Assembly (NCBI GenBank): GCA_051294375.1
Contig: JBJCIZ010000239.1
Span: 4,905,581 to 4,969,580 of the forward strand
Direction of reading: 5' to 3'
Source of the DNA: Paraspadella gotoi
Taxonomy: Eukaryota; Animalia; Chaetognatha
Length of the DNA: 64,000 nt
Shown here: positions 63,276-64,000 of the stretch, piece after piece
How positions within the stretch are numbered: the first letter of the stretch is position 1
Layout of the letters: each line of letters opens with the position of its first letter
Notes under the pieces: generated by a model
Databases searched by the model: none
Seen by the model: only the letters and a program-made list of their open reading frames with translations
What the model was told of the DNA's origin: nothing
Position numbers and translations under genes: made by a program

Positions 63276-64000
63276 ATATTAACGTCGAGAAAGAAAATTT
63301 TCTCCTCTTTCTACATCTGATCCAATGTTTACTAGAAGGGTTACCCCAACTCGTCCTTCAAACGGGAGGTCTCATCTTTTCTCTCGCCAGTTCCCCGAAC
63401 AACAAGCACTGCTTTCCCAAATTCATATTCGCTCCGGATTTTAAACGAACGATCATCGGCTGTTCCCCCTTTTTTATACTTCATTCTTTGTTCACGTTGA
63501 AGGGTAACATTTCGGATATGGTTCAAAACCTTTCCCTGATCAAGGATGATTCGATCGAGGAACTTGACGAGCCGTGTCATTGCAAAGAAGTACGATCTTA
63601 CATTGGTCACAACGAATACGTTTGTCAGTGGAGCATCAAGGATCATTACTTTCAAATATTTTCGATCGCAGTTTCTATGGTTGGAATTTCCAAAGGAGCT
63701 TCGAATGTTAGATCGTTATTTATACAGTCACGGAAAGAATTTAGTTATTCGTCCTTTGTACTAAAAATTTGGGAGGCTTTTAGCGTGTTTCAAGGTATAG
63801 TCGGAATTACAATAAATCTCTACGTAATTTTCAGGTTTTCTATAAAAATCAATTTGTGTTTTGGAATTTTGACGCCGTTTATTATCCTTCGTATAATGAC
63901 CCCGTCGGAAATTGCTACGTTGTTCAAAACAATGTTCTTTCATACGAAAATCGGAAATGTTAAGGTTCATACGAGCAGCAAGTCTAGAAATCTACAAATT
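63272..64000 (+). CDS. XK-related membrane protein, second coding segment (runs off the window; absent from the ORF track)
   Basis: Frame read by hand with no stop for ~243 codons: AYINVEKENFLLFLHLIQCLLEGLPQLVLQ...HYFQIFSIAVSMVGISKG...; E-x2-PQL-x-LQ and QIFSI-x2-S are XK-family motifs. Confidence 0.7.

Overview
AT-rich, microsatellite-rich eukaryotic DNA, probably from an invertebrate, made up mostly of nested transposable elements. It includes assembly gaps and indel-noisy stretches. (1) A structurally intact Ty3/Gypsy LTR retrotransposon of the CsRn1/Kabuki type lies on the minus strand at 32080-37840. It has gag, pol, a GGGAAAC + hairpin -1 frameshift signal, a non-canonical DGG protease motif, an AT-hook-like integrase tail and non-matching flanks. 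(2) A decayed second LTR element (2917-7478, minus) has a tRNA-Gly-type PBS and an extra ORF upstream of gag. (3) A Penelope-like RT is split over ~13 kb by nested DNA transposons, with hammerhead-ribozyme-like motifs nearby. (4) There are many Helentron/DINE-1-type non-autonomous elements (HINEs), Kolobok-like TTAA elements, solo LTRs, and two related TAG...CTA elements with 7-bp TSDs but almost no TIRs. (5) Two probable host genes are present: an MS4A/CD20-like four-TM protein (39202-40616, one frameshift) and an XK-related membrane protein (62578 to beyond 64000). The XK-related coding sequence is interrupted by a MITE whose ends form an in-frame GC-AG intron, a candidate introner. (6) Two local duplications (1-436 vs 7019-7450; ~49.9-52.8 kb vs 53.6-57.9 kb) may be haplotype or assembly artefacts. 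Family assignments come from motif recognition by eye, not from database searches.
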